A stretch of 64,000 bases of DNA, from NCBI GenBank assembly GCA_001004885.1, contig LCRX01000003.1, positions 1,650 to 65,649 on the forward strand. The letters are read 5' to 3'. Below, in pieces: positions 41,417-51,896 of the stretch. Both the position numbers and the translations under genes were made by a program. Under the pieces are notes generated by a model that saw only the letters and a program-made list of their open reading frames with translations, ran no database searches and was not told where the DNA came from. Each line of letters starts with the position of its first letter. Position 1 is the stretch's first letter. This DNA is from Candidatus Magasanikbacteria bacterium GW2011_GWA2_56_11 (GTDB lineage Bacteria > Patescibacteriota > Patescibacteriia > Magasanikbacterales > UBA922).

Positions 41417-42691
41417 CTAAATTAGATACCGCAGGTAGACGTATATCGTGCACACGATCAAACCGACAATAGTTATGGGAACTGCTACTTTCATATACTC
41501 GCCAAATCCGATTTTGTGCCCCTCACGTCCGGCAATGCCGCTCACGACCACATTGGCCGAGGCGCCGACAATCGTCGCGTTGCCGCCGATATCCGCGCCC
41601 AAAGCCAGCGCCCACCAGAGCGGCAGAAGCGGCAATCCCGAAATCGCTCCGACATCCTTTATGAGCGGGATCATGGTAGCGACAAAGGGAATATTATCTA
41701 CCACGGCCGAAAAGATAGCCGAACCCCACAGAACAGAGAGGGTCGTGGCCGTCATATTGCCGCCGGTAACCTCAAGCAGCTTCTCGGCGAGCATCCGAAT
41801 CGCGCCGACCTCTTCGAGACCGGTAACAAGAATGAACAGCCCGATAAAAAAGAAAATCGTGCTCCACTCCACCTCGCGCAAATGATCATCCGGCTCACGC
41901 ACGGTCAAAAGCATGAGAAGCGCCGCTCCGGCCATGGCAATAGTGGCGCCCTCGAGGTGCGTAACGCTATGCGTGAAAAAACCCACCAGCACCAGGCCAA
42001 GCACGATAAGCGACTTGACGAGGACAGACCGGCTGCTAATCGCCTCTTTCGGGTCAAATTTCATGATAGCTGCCTGCGATTCGGGAGCGGCGACTAGCTG
42101 CTTGCGGTACCAAAAGTAAAGCAACCCCAAGGTTACTCCCGTAACAAGCAAAGACGCCGGCGCCAGATTGACCAAAAACTGGTTAAAGGTCAAACCGGCC
42201 GCGCTGCCGATGAGAATATTAGGCGGGTCGCCGATAAGCGTGGCCGTACCGCCGATATTGGACAAAAGAATGGTGCCGATCAAAAACGGCTTCGGGTTGA
42301 CTTTAAGGTTGTTTGTTACGACGAATGTTACCGGCACCATAAGGAGCACCGTGGTAACGTTATCAAGAAAAGCGGAAAAGACGGCGACGATACCGCCCAA
42401 AATCAGAAAAATGGGAATAGGTTTGCCCCGGCCCATCTTCGCCGCCCAGATGGCGACGTATTGGAACATGCCGCTTTGCTTGGCAATGCCCACGACGATC
42501 ATCATGCCGATAAGCAGGCCGAGCGTATTAAAGTCTATGCCCTCGATAGCTTTCTCCTGGTGAAGAATGCCCAGGAGTATCATGAGGGAGGCTCCTAACA
42601 GGGCGACAATCGTCCGATGAATTTTTTCCGATATAATGACTGCGTAAGTAAAGACAAACAACACGATCGCGATATAGAACATTGCCGGCAT
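41417..42691 (-). CDS. ArsB/NhaD (SLC13-like) transporter
   Basis: SAFLDNVTT, NIGGTATLIGDPPN, SAVVDNIP, GGNAT.VGASANVV. Confidence 0.92.
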   Translation of the reverse strand: MPAMFYIAIVLFVFTYAVIISEKIHRTIVALLGASLMILLGILHQEKAIEGIDFNTLGLLIGMMIVVGIAKQSGMFQYVAIWAAKMGRGKPIPIFLILGGIVAVFSAFLDNVTTVLLMVPVTFVVTNNLKVNPKPFLIGTILLSNIGGTATLIGDPPNILIGSAAGLTFNQFLVNLAPASLLVTGVTLGLLYFWYRKQLVAAPESQAAIMKFDPKEAISSRSVLVKSLIVLGLVLVGFFTHSVTHLEGATIAMAGAALLMLLTVREPDDHLREVEWSTIFFFIGLFILVTGLEEVGAIRMLAEKLLEVTGGNMTATTLSVLWGSAIFSAVVDNIPFVATMIPLIKDVGAISGLPLLPLWWALALGADIGGNATIVGASANVVVSGIAGREGHKIGFGEYMKVAVPITIVGLIVCTIYVYLRYLI

Positions 42692-42721
42692 AAAAACGGG
42701 GGGATAACAACTAAAGAACAG

Positions 42722-43192
42722 CTAGGCGGAAAGACCGAGGACGTCGGCTATCGCCTTTTTGATATCAGTCCGGTTGAGATATCCAACAAGCACGCCGTCG
42801 TCATCCACTACCGGCAGCTGACGAATACGGAATTCCGAAAGAAGTGTGGCCGCCTCCATTAGCGAATGGTTGGCCTTGCACGTATGCACCTTGGCGGACA
42901 TGAACTTGGCTATAGGGTCGTCCTTGAGTTCTTTCACCCTCTCGGCGAAAACGTCGCCGGATTCGAACGCGGCCAAGTGCTTGTCCTCTTCGAGATAATC
43001 CGGCACGATATGCTGGATAAAATCCCAGCTCGACAGGATTCCCGCTACCCGGCGGTTTTCATCCACGACAACCACGCCGTTGGTCTTCGCGCTAAGCATG
43101 GTCGCAACCGCCTCGCTCAGGGTAGCCGTCGGCGCGATAGTTACCACCTCGCTGCGCATGTAGTCGGCCACTGTGTACTTTTTGTCCGGCAT
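42722..43192 (-). CDS. CBS-pair protein
   Basis: Two CBS repeats. Confidence 0.9.
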   Translation of the reverse strand: MPDKKYTVADYMRSEVVTIAPTATLSEAVATMLSAKTNGVVVVDENRRVAGILSSWDFIQHIVPDYLEEDKHLAAFESGDVFAERVKELKDDPIAKFMSAKVHTCKANHSLMEAATLLSEFRIRQLPVVDDDGVLVGYLNRTDIKKAIADVLGLSA

Positions 43193-43333
43193 ACGGATAA
43201 ATTAAGGTTAAACGGTCTGTTTAGACCGGCGCTAGTATAATCTATATACCGCCGTTGGTCAAGGATCAGTTCGCTCCAACGCCACGGCCGTGATTGACAA
43301 AATAGCTCCCAGAGGTATAATGATAACTGAAAT

Positions 43334-43768
43334 ATGAAGCAAACGCGGCTACACAGTCTCTACCGCCTGACAGCTTTTCTTCTGAGCATTATTTTTGCCT
43401 TTGTCTACTTCTCATCTCTGGTCGCCATGCATCCGGATCATGGCTTGGGTATGACGCCGACGACCGGCGGTTGCGCTTTGGCGCTGGCAGAAGGCGTCCC
43501 GTGCTTCATGAGCATCAATGAGCATATCAACAGTTGGCACAGCACTTTCCTCGGCATTGTGGCAGCGGGCGCGGCCCTAGCGCTTATCGTCATTATCAGC
43601 GCCTGGCTCATTCTGCCCCGGCCTCCTTTCTCTGACCAAAACACCCAAATGCGCGGCTCCGTACGGGAAAAAATCCGTTACCGGCGGCGCAACCCTCTTG
43701 ACCAAACTTACACCTACCTCCGACAAATTTTTGCCCAAGGCATCCTGCAGTCCCGGCTCTACGCCTAA
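43334..43768 (+). CDS. Small membrane protein with His/Cys/Met motifs heading a metal cluster
   Basis: TM, MHPDH..M...C......C.M...H...WH, TM, C-terminal FAQGILQSRLY; upstream TTGACA-16-TATAAT at 43294-43321. Confidence 0.65.
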   Translation: MKQTRLHSLYRLTAFLLSIIFAFVYFSSLVAMHPDHGLGMTPTTGGCALALAEGVPCFMSINEHINSWHSTFLGIVAAGAALALIVIISAWLILPRPPFSDQNTQMRGSVREKIRYRRRNPLDQTYTYLRQIFAQGILQSRLYA

Positions 43769-43830
43769 TACCTCTCTCGTCCGTTTTGCTTCGAGAGTCA
43801 ATTTGGTATTAGGTTTTTATTATTTTCAGT

Positions 43831-45321
43831 ATGCCGGAAACACATGTCTACAAATTCTCGGCGCCGGGCATTAGCGACGCTGCCCGGGCCAGTGAGCTAA
43901 AAAAATTCTGCCGTAATTACCCCGGCGTTGTGCAGGTGGATGACAACCGCGACAAAGAGCTCCTGCGCCTCATCAGCCAAGAACCGCTCAATCTAAATTC
44001 GTTCCTAAACGAAGCCAAAACCGCCGGCTTTGAGCTCTCCGCTCTCAGCGAACCGCCGGCACCGCAAAAAACCCCGCCGCCATCTTCTGTCATGCGCGTC
44101 TCGATCGAGGGCATGACCTGCCGCAGCTGCGAACTGACTATCGAACGGGCCTGCGTCGGCCCCACAGAGGTGGTCCGTTCCAAACAGTTGGCCAAGGAGC
44201 GCCCCTCTTTCATAAGATTAATAGGCCTATTCGGACTAGTTTTCATGCTGGGGCTCATACTCTCCAATCTTGGACTCTTCCAAACCAGCTTCACGCCCGG
44301 CGCCGCCATGAGTTTCGGCGCCATCTTCGTCGTCGGACTCATTGCGGCGAGCTCTTCGTGTATCGCGGTTACCGGCGGACTCCTGCTCTCCTCGGCCGCG
44401 CGTTTCAACGAACGCTACGCCTCGGCCACACGGGCGCAAAAAATCCGGCCGGTCCTTATCTTCGTGCTTGGCCGGATTGCAAGCTACGCCGTCTTGGGCG
44501 GACTGCTCGGAGTGGTGGGAAGCGCGCTCTCGCCCTCGCCCGCCGTTACGGCCGTCATCACGATCGTGGCCGCTCTCTATATGCTGATTATGGGGCTCGA
44601 CATGCTCGGCCTCGCCCCGGTCTGGCTCAAGCGGTTCCTGCCCCGCCTGCCCAAATCCCTCTCGCACCGAGTGCTTGATGCCGACGACAAATCCCACCCG
44701 GCCATGCCGTTTTTCCTCGGCGCCGGCACGTTCTTCCTGCCATGCGGCTTTACCCAGGCGCTTCAGCTCTATGCGCTCACTACCGGCAGCTTCGCTGTCG
44801 GAGCCACGAGCCTCCTGGCCTTTGCCCTGGGTACCGCGCCGGCGCTCATCGGCCTGGGAGTGGCCTCGGCCTCGCTCAAAGGAAAAACCGGCAAATTCTT
44901 CTTTCAGTTCAGCGGGGCGCTAGTGGTGGTCCTGGGTCTGTGGAATATCCAGAATGGGCTGGCTATCGCCGGTTATTCAGGGCCAGACCAAACGGACAAC
45001 TTGCCGGGTCCGGCCGCGGCGGCCGACCCCGGCGTTGTCATAAAAAACGGCGTGCAAGTAGTAAAAATGAAGGTCAACTCCTATGGCTACTCTCCAGAGC
45101 GCTTCACGATCCAAGCCGGCGTGCCGGTCCGCTGGGAGGTGGACGGCACCCAAGCCGGCGGTTGCGCCGGAGTCATCATCTCCCGCCAGCTCGGCATCCA
45201 GAAGCTTCTCGAAAGCGGAATTAATGTCTTCGAGTTCACGCCGGACAAACCGGGAGAAATTAAATTCAGTTGTTCTATGGGCATGTACCGCGGCAGTTTC
45301 ACGGTCGTGCCCCAATCTTAA
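43831..45321 (+). CDS. HMA + DsbD_2/TauE-like membrane + cupredoxin fusion
   Basis: GMTCRSC, SSCIAVTGG, FFLPCGFTQ, FSCSMGMYRG. Confidence 0.88.
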   Translation: MPETHVYKFSAPGISDAARASELKKFCRNYPGVVQVDDNRDKELLRLISQEPLNLNSFLNEAKTAGFELSALSEPPAPQKTPPPSSVMRVSIEGMTCRSCELTIERACVGPTEVVRSKQLAKERPSFIRLIGLFGLVFMLGLILSNLGLFQTSFTPGAAMSFGAIFVVGLIAASSSCIAVTGGLLLSSAARFNERYASATRAQKIRPVLIFVLGRIASYAVLGGLLGVVGSALSPSPAVTAVITIVAALYMLIMGLDMLGLAPVWLKRFLPRLPKSLSHRVLDADDKSHPAMPFFLGAGTFFLPCGFTQALQLYALTTGSFAVGATSLLAFALGTAPALIGLGVASASLKGKTGKFFFQFSGALVVVLGLWNIQNGLAIAGYSGPDQTDNLPGPAAAADPGVVIKNGVQVVKMKVNSYGYSPERFTIQAGVPVRWEVDGTQAGGCAGVIISRQLGIQKLLESGINVFEFTPDKPGEIKFSCSMGMYRGSFTVVPQS

Positions 45322-45334
45322 ACCCTTGCCCATT

Positions 45335-45547
45335 ATGAAAACCGCCATCAAAGTTACAGGCATGCACTGCGCCTCGTGCAAAGTTCTTATCGAAGATATC
45401 GCCGGAGATATCCCCGGCGTGCAGGCGGCCGAAATCGACTTCCGCACCGGGGAGGGCGTTATCGAGCACGATGAATCATTCGACCTAAACGCCCTCAAGC
45501 GCGAGGTCGCAGGCGCCGGCGATTATTCAATCGAGACAACCAAGTAA
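45335..45547 (+). CDS. CopZ-like heavy-metal chaperone
   Basis: VTGMHCASC HMA motif, 70 aa. Confidence 0.88.
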   Translation: MKTAIKVTGMHCASCKVLIEDIAGDIPGVQAAEIDFRTGEGVIEHDESFDLNALKREVAGAGDYSIETTK

Positions 45548-45559
45548 CTCGCTCCCCCT

Positions 45560-45733
45560 ATGTCGCCCATCAATCTTCACGATCCGGATTTCGACTCCCC
45601 CAGCCATACCATGGGTAAAAGCCCGGCCGGTCTTCCGGCCCGGTTCCTGTTCGCCGCCGGCATCGTGGCTGGTTTTCTCTCGGTGTGCACGGTTGGTTTC
45701 TTCATCCTTTTGGCAGTACTGATCAAAAACTAA
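45560..45733 (+). CDS. Small single-TM protein (57 aa)
   Basis: Fills the gap between co-oriented genes; FLFAAGIVAGFLSVCTVGFFILLAVLIKN. Confidence 0.55.
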   Translation: MSPINLHDPDFDSPSHTMGKSPAGLPARFLFAAGIVAGFLSVCTVGFFILLAVLIKN

Positions 45734-45734
45734 T

Positions 45735-46373
45735 ATGGTCTGGCGCGACCGACAACAGGCCGGACAGAAGCTGGCCGAACGCCTGGAAAAATACCGCGGC
45801 AAACAAAAAGCGGTAGTTCTTGGCTTGCCCCGCGGCGGCGTAGTTACGGCGTATCAAGTGGCGCGTTACCTTGATTTGCCGCTCGACATTATTGTTACCC
45901 GAAAAATCGGCGCGCCGGACAATGAAGAATACGCCATCGGCGCCATAGATGAAACCGGCGCCGGTTTCTTCAACGACACGGCTGTCCAGGCGCTCGGAGC
46001 CGGCCCCGGCTACCTCAAGGAAACCGTGCGAAAAGAAAAAAAAGAAGCCGAGCGGCGGCTCCGGGCTTATCGTGCCGGCCGGCCGCCGCTTGATCTAACC
46101 GGCGCCACTGCTATTATCGTGGACGATGGCGTTGCCACCGGGTACACTATGCGCGCCGCGCTGCACTCGTGCCGGAAAAAAAACGCCGGCCGCGTCATCG
46201 CGGCGGCCCCGGTGATCGCGCCGGATACTATCCCCGGCCTCAAGGCGCTCGCCGACGAGGTCGTATGTCTTGAAACGCCCGAAAATTTCGGCGGGGTCGG
46301 ACAATTTTACGCCGACTTCTCGCCAACGACCGACGAGAAAGTCCTGTCATTGTTATCCCAAAAAAAGCAATAG
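45735..46373 (+). CDS. Phosphoribosyltransferase family protein
   Basis: DR..AG..LA, LPRGGV, IIVDDGVATG. Confidence 0.92.
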   Translation: MVWRDRQQAGQKLAERLEKYRGKQKAVVLGLPRGGVVTAYQVARYLDLPLDIIVTRKIGAPDNEEYAIGAIDETGAGFFNDTAVQALGAGPGYLKETVRKEKKEAERRLRAYRAGRPPLDLTGATAIIVDDGVATGYTMRAALHSCRKKNAGRVIAAAPVIAPDTIPGLKALADEVVCLETPENFGGVGQFYADFSPTTDEKVLSLLSQKKQ

Positions 46374-46433
46374 AAAATGCGGGGGGCGCGGTCAGTTGCT
46401 CCCGGGCGAATAATCAGCTATCATCCAGATACT

Positions 46434-47750
46434 ATGCCGACAGTTCGAATTGAAAAACTAGTCTTCGGCGGCCAGGGTCTCGCCCGTGTCAGCGCCCAAA
46501 AAGCGTCGGTACCGGACAAAAGCGGCCAAGTGGTTTTTGTCTGGAACGCGCTCCCCGGAGAAGAGGTTGAAATCGAATACCTGAGCAACAAAAAAGATTA
46601 CGCCGAGGCCGTAGCCACGCGCGTGATTATTTCTTCGCCAGACCGCATCCAGCCGCGCGAAGGCCACTTCCTCTCTTCGAGCCCCTGGCAGATGATGACG
46701 TGGGAAGCGGAAAATTCCTGGAAGCAAAAAATCGCGGCCGAAACGTACGGCCGCCAGGGCGGTCTGATTCTTGACCCCGGAGAGCCGGCGATAGAGTTCG
46801 ACAGCGCCGGCCAGTACGGTTACCGCAATAAACTTGAATACAGTTTTACGGCGCTCGCCGACGGTACTATCTCATTGGCCTTTTTTGAGCGCGGACAAAA
46901 ACAGCGGACTCCGGTTACCGAGTCATTATTGGCCGAGCCGGTCATCAACGAAGTTTCCGCGGCCATTTTGGCCTGGATCAACCGCCAGCAAATTCCGCTG
47001 CGCAGCCTAAAAAGCCTGATCGTGCGCAGCAATCACCGCGGCCAGGCGATCGCGGCGCTGTTTATCAAAGACCAACTGGTCTTCCCCGACTACCCCGCTC
47101 CAAACGAAAAACTAGTCGGCTTCCAGCTCTACTACTCTACCCACAAAAGTCCGGCCTCGGTGCCGACCAAAATACTGCAGAGCGCCGGAGAGAACCATCT
47201 GGTTACCGAGCTGCTCGGAACCAAACTCAAGTTCGGTCTCACTAGTTTCTTCCAAGTCAACATCCCGGTATTCGAAAACGCGCTCCGGGATATGGCCGCG
47301 TTTATCGGACCGCACGAGCCGCTTATCGACTACTACTCCGGCGTTGGCGCTATCAGCCTGCCGCTCGCCCGCAACCGGGCGGATACCAAACTGATAGACA
47401 ATAATGAAGAGGCTATCCAGTACGCAAAGGAGAATATTACGCTTAACCGTCTGCCCCACTGCCAGGCCCGCTGCCTGCCGGCGGAAAAAATACCCGAACT
47501 CATATCCTCCGACGGCGTCGTCGTCCTCGATCCGCCGCGAGCCGGGTTGCACGAAAAAATTATCCGCCGGCTGGCGGCGGTGCGGCCGCCGCGTTTGGTG
47601 TACCTGTCGTGTAATCTAAGCACCCAGGCGCGCGACATCAACCTCTTGAGCGACAGCTACAAAGTAGTCCACCTGAAACTCTACAACTTCTTCCCCCGCA
47701 CGCCGCATATAGAGGGATTGTGCGTCTTAGACCGGTTACGCAGTGATTGA
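46434..47750 (+). CDS. TRAM-domain RNA (uracil-5-)-methyltransferase (RlmD/RlmCD-like)
   Basis: IEKLVFGGQG, YRNK, SFFQVN, DPPRAG, YLSCN, FPRTPHIE. Confidence 0.9.
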   Translation: MPTVRIEKLVFGGQGLARVSAQKASVPDKSGQVVFVWNALPGEEVEIEYLSNKKDYAEAVATRVIISSPDRIQPREGHFLSSSPWQMMTWEAENSWKQKIAAETYGRQGGLILDPGEPAIEFDSAGQYGYRNKLEYSFTALADGTISLAFFERGQKQRTPVTESLLAEPVINEVSAAILAWINRQQIPLRSLKSLIVRSNHRGQAIAALFIKDQLVFPDYPAPNEKLVGFQLYYSTHKSPASVPTKILQSAGENHLVTELLGTKLKFGLTSFFQVNIPVFENALRDMAAFIGPHEPLIDYYSGVGAISLPLARNRADTKLIDNNEEAIQYAKENITLNRLPHCQARCLPAEKIPELISSDGVVVLDPPRAGLHEKIIRRLAAVRPPRLVYLSCNLSTQARDINLLSDSYKVVHLKLYNFFPRTPHIEGLCVLDRLRSD

Positions 47751-47811
47751 ACTCTTCCCAAGCGCGTGCTATAGTAAGCCAATTATTTTAGCAGTTTATC
47801 CGTCTCAACTT

Positions 47812-48468
47812 ATGAACCCAAACACCCGTCGTATTCTTATCTGGTCAGCTTTTACACTGGGACTAGTCGGGCTGCTGTTCGGCTTGGCGAAGCTTGGCAC
47901 CTCAGGCCAGGGAGCCAGCCCGGCGGCCGGTCTTGCGCTAGCTGTCCCGGTGACGGACGAGGATTGGAGCAAAGGAAACAAGGACGCCCCGGTAACCGTC
48001 GTCGAATACAGCGACTTCCAGTGTCCGGCCTGCCAACTGTACTATAAAATAGTCAAACAAATCAGCGAGGATATGCCGGACAAGGTGCGTTTTGTTTACC
48101 GCCACTATCCGTTGCGCCAGACCCACCCCAATGCCGAAGCAGCGTCCCTGGCCTCTGAGGCGGCAGGCATGCAGGGCAAATTTTGGCAGCTGCACGACGC
48201 CCTGTTTGAAACCCAGGACTCCTGGGCCAGGGATACCAACCCCGCTATTTATTTCGAAGACCTCGCCAGCTCCCTAGGACTGGACGTGAAAAAATTCAAA
48301 GAAGATATGAAAAGCCCGGCTGCTAAAAATAAAGTTGACCGCGACTACCGTTCCGGCGCCGGTATCGAGGGCACGCCCACTTTCTTTGTTAATGGCCGGC
48401 TGGTAAACTCTCCCCGCTCGTATGAGGAATTTAAGACTCTTGTTGAACAGGCGGCACAACCTTCCTAA
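47812..48468 (+). CDS. DsbA-family thioredoxin-fold protein
   Basis: EYSDFQCPAC, GTPTFFVNG, N-terminal TM. Confidence 0.92.
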   Translation: MNPNTRRILIWSAFTLGLVGLLFGLAKLGTSGQGASPAAGLALAVPVTDEDWSKGNKDAPVTVVEYSDFQCPACQLYYKIVKQISEDMPDKVRFVYRHYPLRQTHPNAEAASLASEAAGMQGKFWQLHDALFETQDSWARDTNPAIYFEDLASSLGLDVKKFKEDMKSPAAKNKVDRDYRSGAGIEGTPTFFVNGRLVNSPRSYEEFKTLVEQAAQPS

Positions 48469-48895
48469 GTGGCTCAGCGCGAGCTTCTTAGCCGTCGCGC
48501 TCATCGGCTTTGCCGACGCCACTTACCTGGCTGTCAACCACTACCGCGGCAATGTCCCGCCGTGCGCCATCCTTAGGGGCTGCGAAACCGTAACTAGCAG
48601 CTCCTATTCCATGCTGTTCTCGACTGTGCCGGTTGCCCTTCTGGGCGCGTTGTATTATCTTACTCTCCTGGTCCTGATTGTGGGCTATCTTGACACCAAG
48701 CGCCTAGGCCTGGCTCTGGCCGCTTTCTTTCTCACCCCCCTTGGCTTTATAGCCTCTCTTTATTTTTTCCACCTGCAACTGAACGTCATCGGGGCTTGGT
48801 GCGTCTATTGCCTGGGCTCTATCGCCAGTTCGACTCTCTTGTTCGCGCTCGGAGGCGCCGGAGCGAAATACAAAAAATTGCTCCTAGACAACTGA
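48422..48895 (+). CDS. Vitamin K epoxide reductase (VKOR) family protein
   Basis: C....GCETV.SS.YS, PVALLG, WCVYC. Confidence 0.92.
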   Translation: MRNLRLLLNRRHNLPKWLSASFLAVALIGFADATYLAVNHYRGNVPPCAILRGCETVTSSSYSMLFSTVPVALLGALYYLTLLVLIVGYLDTKRLGLALAAFFLTPLGFIASLYFFHLQLNVIGAWCVYCLGSIASSTLLFALGGAGAKYKKLLLDN

Positions 48896-48935
48896 CCGCG
48901 GCCGGCCAGTAAAAATTATTTTTCTTACCCGATAT

Positions 48936-49880
48936 ATGCCCGTCCTCATTTCCGGTTCCCTCGCCTACGACTACATCATGGATTTCCCGGATTCTTTCAA
49001 GAACCACATTCTCCCGGACCACATCCATATTCTGAACGTCTGCTTCGTCGTAGACCAGCTGAGCAAAAATCTTGGCGGCTGCGCGGGCAACATCGCCTAT
49101 ACCATGAAACTCCTGGGCGGCGAACCGCTGGTGATAGCGCCTCTCGGCAGCGACGCCGGCGAGTATCTGGCGCATTTTCAGAAACACGGCATTAACACCA
49201 AATACGTGCCGCTAACGCCGGACAAGCTGTCCTCCTCGGCGCACATTACCACGGACAAGGACGACAACCAAATAATCGCTTACTACAACGGCGCCGGAGA
49301 CGCGGCGGCGGATCTTAGCGTATCGCAGGTAACAGAACCGATCGACCTGGCTATCATCGCGCCCACCAAAAAGGACGCCATGATCCGCCACGCCAAAGAA
49401 TGCTACGAGAAAAAAATCCCTTTTGTCTTTGACCCCAGCCATCAGCTGACAGCCTTTGATCCGCGCGAGCTTAGTATGCTTATCGGCCAGGCGAAATTTT
49501 ACATCGCCAATGACTACGAAATGAAACTGACGGAAGAAAAAACCGGCTGGGACACGCTAGAGATGCTCAATCACGTGGAAGTGATCATCATGACACTCGG
49601 CGAACGCGGTTCGGTCGTTATTACCGGCAATGAACGCTTCGAGATCCCGTCGTGCACAGCGCTCTCGGTAGACGATCCGACCGGCGCCGGCGACGCCTAC
49701 CGGGCCGGTTTTTTTACGGCCTACTCCCAGGGTTTTGACCTCGAGACCTGCGGCCAGGTCGGGAGCCTGGCCGCCACCTATGCGGTCGAACACTACGGCA
49801 CGCAAAACCACTTCTTTACCCGCGCCAGCTTTGAGGAGCGTTTCCAGACAGCCTTCCGGAAAACCCTGGCCCTGGCCTAA
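48936..49880 (+). CDS. PfkB family kinase (adenosine kinase-like)
   Basis: GSLAYDYIM.F, GGCAGNIAY, DPTGAGDAYRAG. Confidence 0.9.
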   Translation: MPVLISGSLAYDYIMDFPDSFKNHILPDHIHILNVCFVVDQLSKNLGGCAGNIAYTMKLLGGEPLVIAPLGSDAGEYLAHFQKHGINTKYVPLTPDKLSSSAHITTDKDDNQIIAYYNGAGDAAADLSVSQVTEPIDLAIIAPTKKDAMIRHAKECYEKKIPFVFDPSHQLTAFDPRELSMLIGQAKFYIANDYEMKLTEEKTGWDTLEMLNHVEVIIMTLGERGSVVITGNERFEIPSCTALSVDDPTGAGDAYRAGFFTAYSQGFDLETCGQVGSLAATYAVEHYGTQNHFFTRASFEERFQTAFRKTLALA

Positions 49881-49943
49881 CCCATTGTCGGGACAAAATA
49901 AAGCAGCTATACTACCGCTGCTTTATTTTTCTTCGCGTTTTTT

Positions 49944-50900
49944 ATGTGGCTTGCCCTCTTTCTCATTCTCATTGGCCTGGGCATATTGATTGCCGGCGGC
50001 GACGCGCTTGTACGCGGCGCTGCCTCGCTGGCCAAACGCCTGGGAGTGGCGCCGATAGTTATCGGGCTCACCATTGTCGCTTTCGGCACTTCGGCGCCGG
50101 AGCTTATCGTAAATATCTTCTCCGCCATCAGGGGAACCACCGACATTGCCATCGGCAACGTGGTCGGCAGCAATATCGCCAATATCCTCCTCATCCTAGG
50201 TGTGAGCGCTGTAATTTTCCCGCTGCGCGTCGGCAAAGGCACAGTGTGGAAAGAAATTCCGCTGGCGCTTCTCTCGGCTATCATGGTGTTAGTCTTGGCC
50301 AATGACGCCCGTCTGGACGGGCTAGATACATCGGCCCTTACCCGCACCGACGGACTGGCGCTAATCGCTTTTTTTGCTATCTTCATCTATTATACTTTCG
50401 GTGTTGCCAAGGCCGAAAACGGCGGCGACAGCCAGGTAAAAACATACAGCCACGCGTTTTCCCTGCTGTTTATTGTCGGCGGACTGGTTGCTTTATTTTT
50501 CGGAGGCAAACTTCTGGTCGATAATGCCATTATCCTCGCGCGGATGGCCGGCCTGTCCGAACTCCTTATCGGCACCACCATAGTCGCGGTCGGCACCTCG
50601 CTGCCGGAACTTGTTACCTCGGTAATAGCAGCCCTAAAAAGGCACGACGACATCGCTATCGGCAATGTGGTCGGCTCGAACATTTTTAACGTGTTCTGGA
50701 TTCTCGGCCTGACCTCCATCATGAAACCGCTGCCGGTTTTGCCCAGCATGAACGCGGACATCTTGGTCAACGTGGTCGCCACGCTGCTCCTGTTCAGCTT
50801 TATGTTCATTCACACCAAACACCGCCTGAACCGCTGGCAGGGCGTTATGTTTATAGGTTTGTATATCGCTTACACCACGGCCGTGATTATACGCGGTTAG
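49944..50900 (+). CDS. Calcium/sodium antiporter (CaCA, YrbG-like)
   Basis: Two alpha repeats GTSAPE/GTSLPE, GNVVGSNI. Confidence 0.95.
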   Translation: MWLALFLILIGLGILIAGGDALVRGAASLAKRLGVAPIVIGLTIVAFGTSAPELIVNIFSAIRGTTDIAIGNVVGSNIANILLILGVSAVIFPLRVGKGTVWKEIPLALLSAIMVLVLANDARLDGLDTSALTRTDGLALIAFFAIFIYYTFGVAKAENGGDSQVKTYSHAFSLLFIVGGLVALFFGGKLLVDNAIILARMAGLSELLIGTTIVAVGTSLPELVTSVIAALKRHDDIAIGNVVGSNIFNVFWILGLTSIMKPLPVLPSMNADILVNVVATLLLFSFMFIHTKHRLNRWQGVMFIGLYIAYTTAVIIRG

Positions 50901-50903
50901 GCT

Positions 50904-51473
50904 ATGCCAGGCTCTTTCAAAGATTATCGGTACACAATCGCTTTTGGCGTTTCTATCCTGCTGGCAGCGGCCGCCTACGCCTGGGGCTGGTTTGACAAGG
51001 TCGCCGATATACCCGGTTCATTCGGCTACGTTACCAGCTTTATTGCCGGTCTCATGTTCTCCTCCACATTCACCGCCGCGCCGGCGGCGTTTTTGTTTGT
51101 CGAATTTGGCAGCCATCTATCGCCGCTCTCTGTGGCCCTTGTGGGCGGGCTCGGCGCCATGGCCGGCGATCTCATTATGTACCGGTTTATCAAAAACAAT
51201 TTATTGAAAGAATTAAAAACTTTGGGCGCTCTGCTATTTTCGACCCGCAGCCGCGTCTACCTCGAAAGAATCTCCCGGCATCGGGTTTTTCTTTGGACCA
51301 CGCCGTTTATCGCGAGTCTGCTCATCGCCTCGCCTCTGCCGGATGAACTCGGCGTGGCGCTGTTCAGCCTCGTAAATTTTCAGCCCAAGTACCTCTCCCT
51401 AATTACTTTCCTGCTTAATGCCGCCGGCATATTTGCGCTGGTATTTTTCGGCCACACGCTCAGCCGGCCATAA
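50904..51473 (+). CDS. Hypothetical membrane protein
   Basis: Multiple TM segments, ASPLPDELG. Confidence 0.75.
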   Translation: MPGSFKDYRYTIAFGVSILLAAAAYAWGWFDKVADIPGSFGYVTSFIAGLMFSSTFTAAPAAFLFVEFGSHLSPLSVALVGGLGAMAGDLIMYRFIKNNLLKELKTLGALLFSTRSRVYLERISRHRVFLWTTPFIASLLIASPLPDELGVALFSLVNFQPKYLSLITFLLNAAGIFALVFFGHTLSRP

Positions 51474-51896
51474 ACGCAAAACCACCCGCCTCCGGCCCCA
51501 ATATTCCGAACACTCGGAACATAGGGCTGAATCGGGTGGTTCTACGAAGGGGCGGGTATGAAGGGGGGGTCAAGCGGCCATCTCACCCGGCGTGGGCGAG
51601 TCGTCCGTCATCTCCCCGGACCAACCGGGCGGAACATCAAGCCCGATGTGGTCCAAGAGTACTACCACGGGGTAGTACGGCAGGAGTGCGAGCCATACAG
51701 CCCGCACGACCAGGGCCTGGGCGGCCTTTTTCATCACCCTCAAAACCCACATTGTCATGGAGCACCTCCGTATTGAGCTTACCACCTTTTCCAGAATATA
51801 CAAGATGATTGGGTCCGGCGGCGACGGAACCGCGCACGCTTGCCAGCCGGCGCCAAATCGGCTATAATCAGACTGTTTTTCTATTTTTATTAACTT

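Noticed and set aside
51480-51896. SAH/SAM riboswitch or small ORFs upstream of ahcY
   Set aside because: No recognisable aptamer consensus; the short ORFs on both strands are unconvincing
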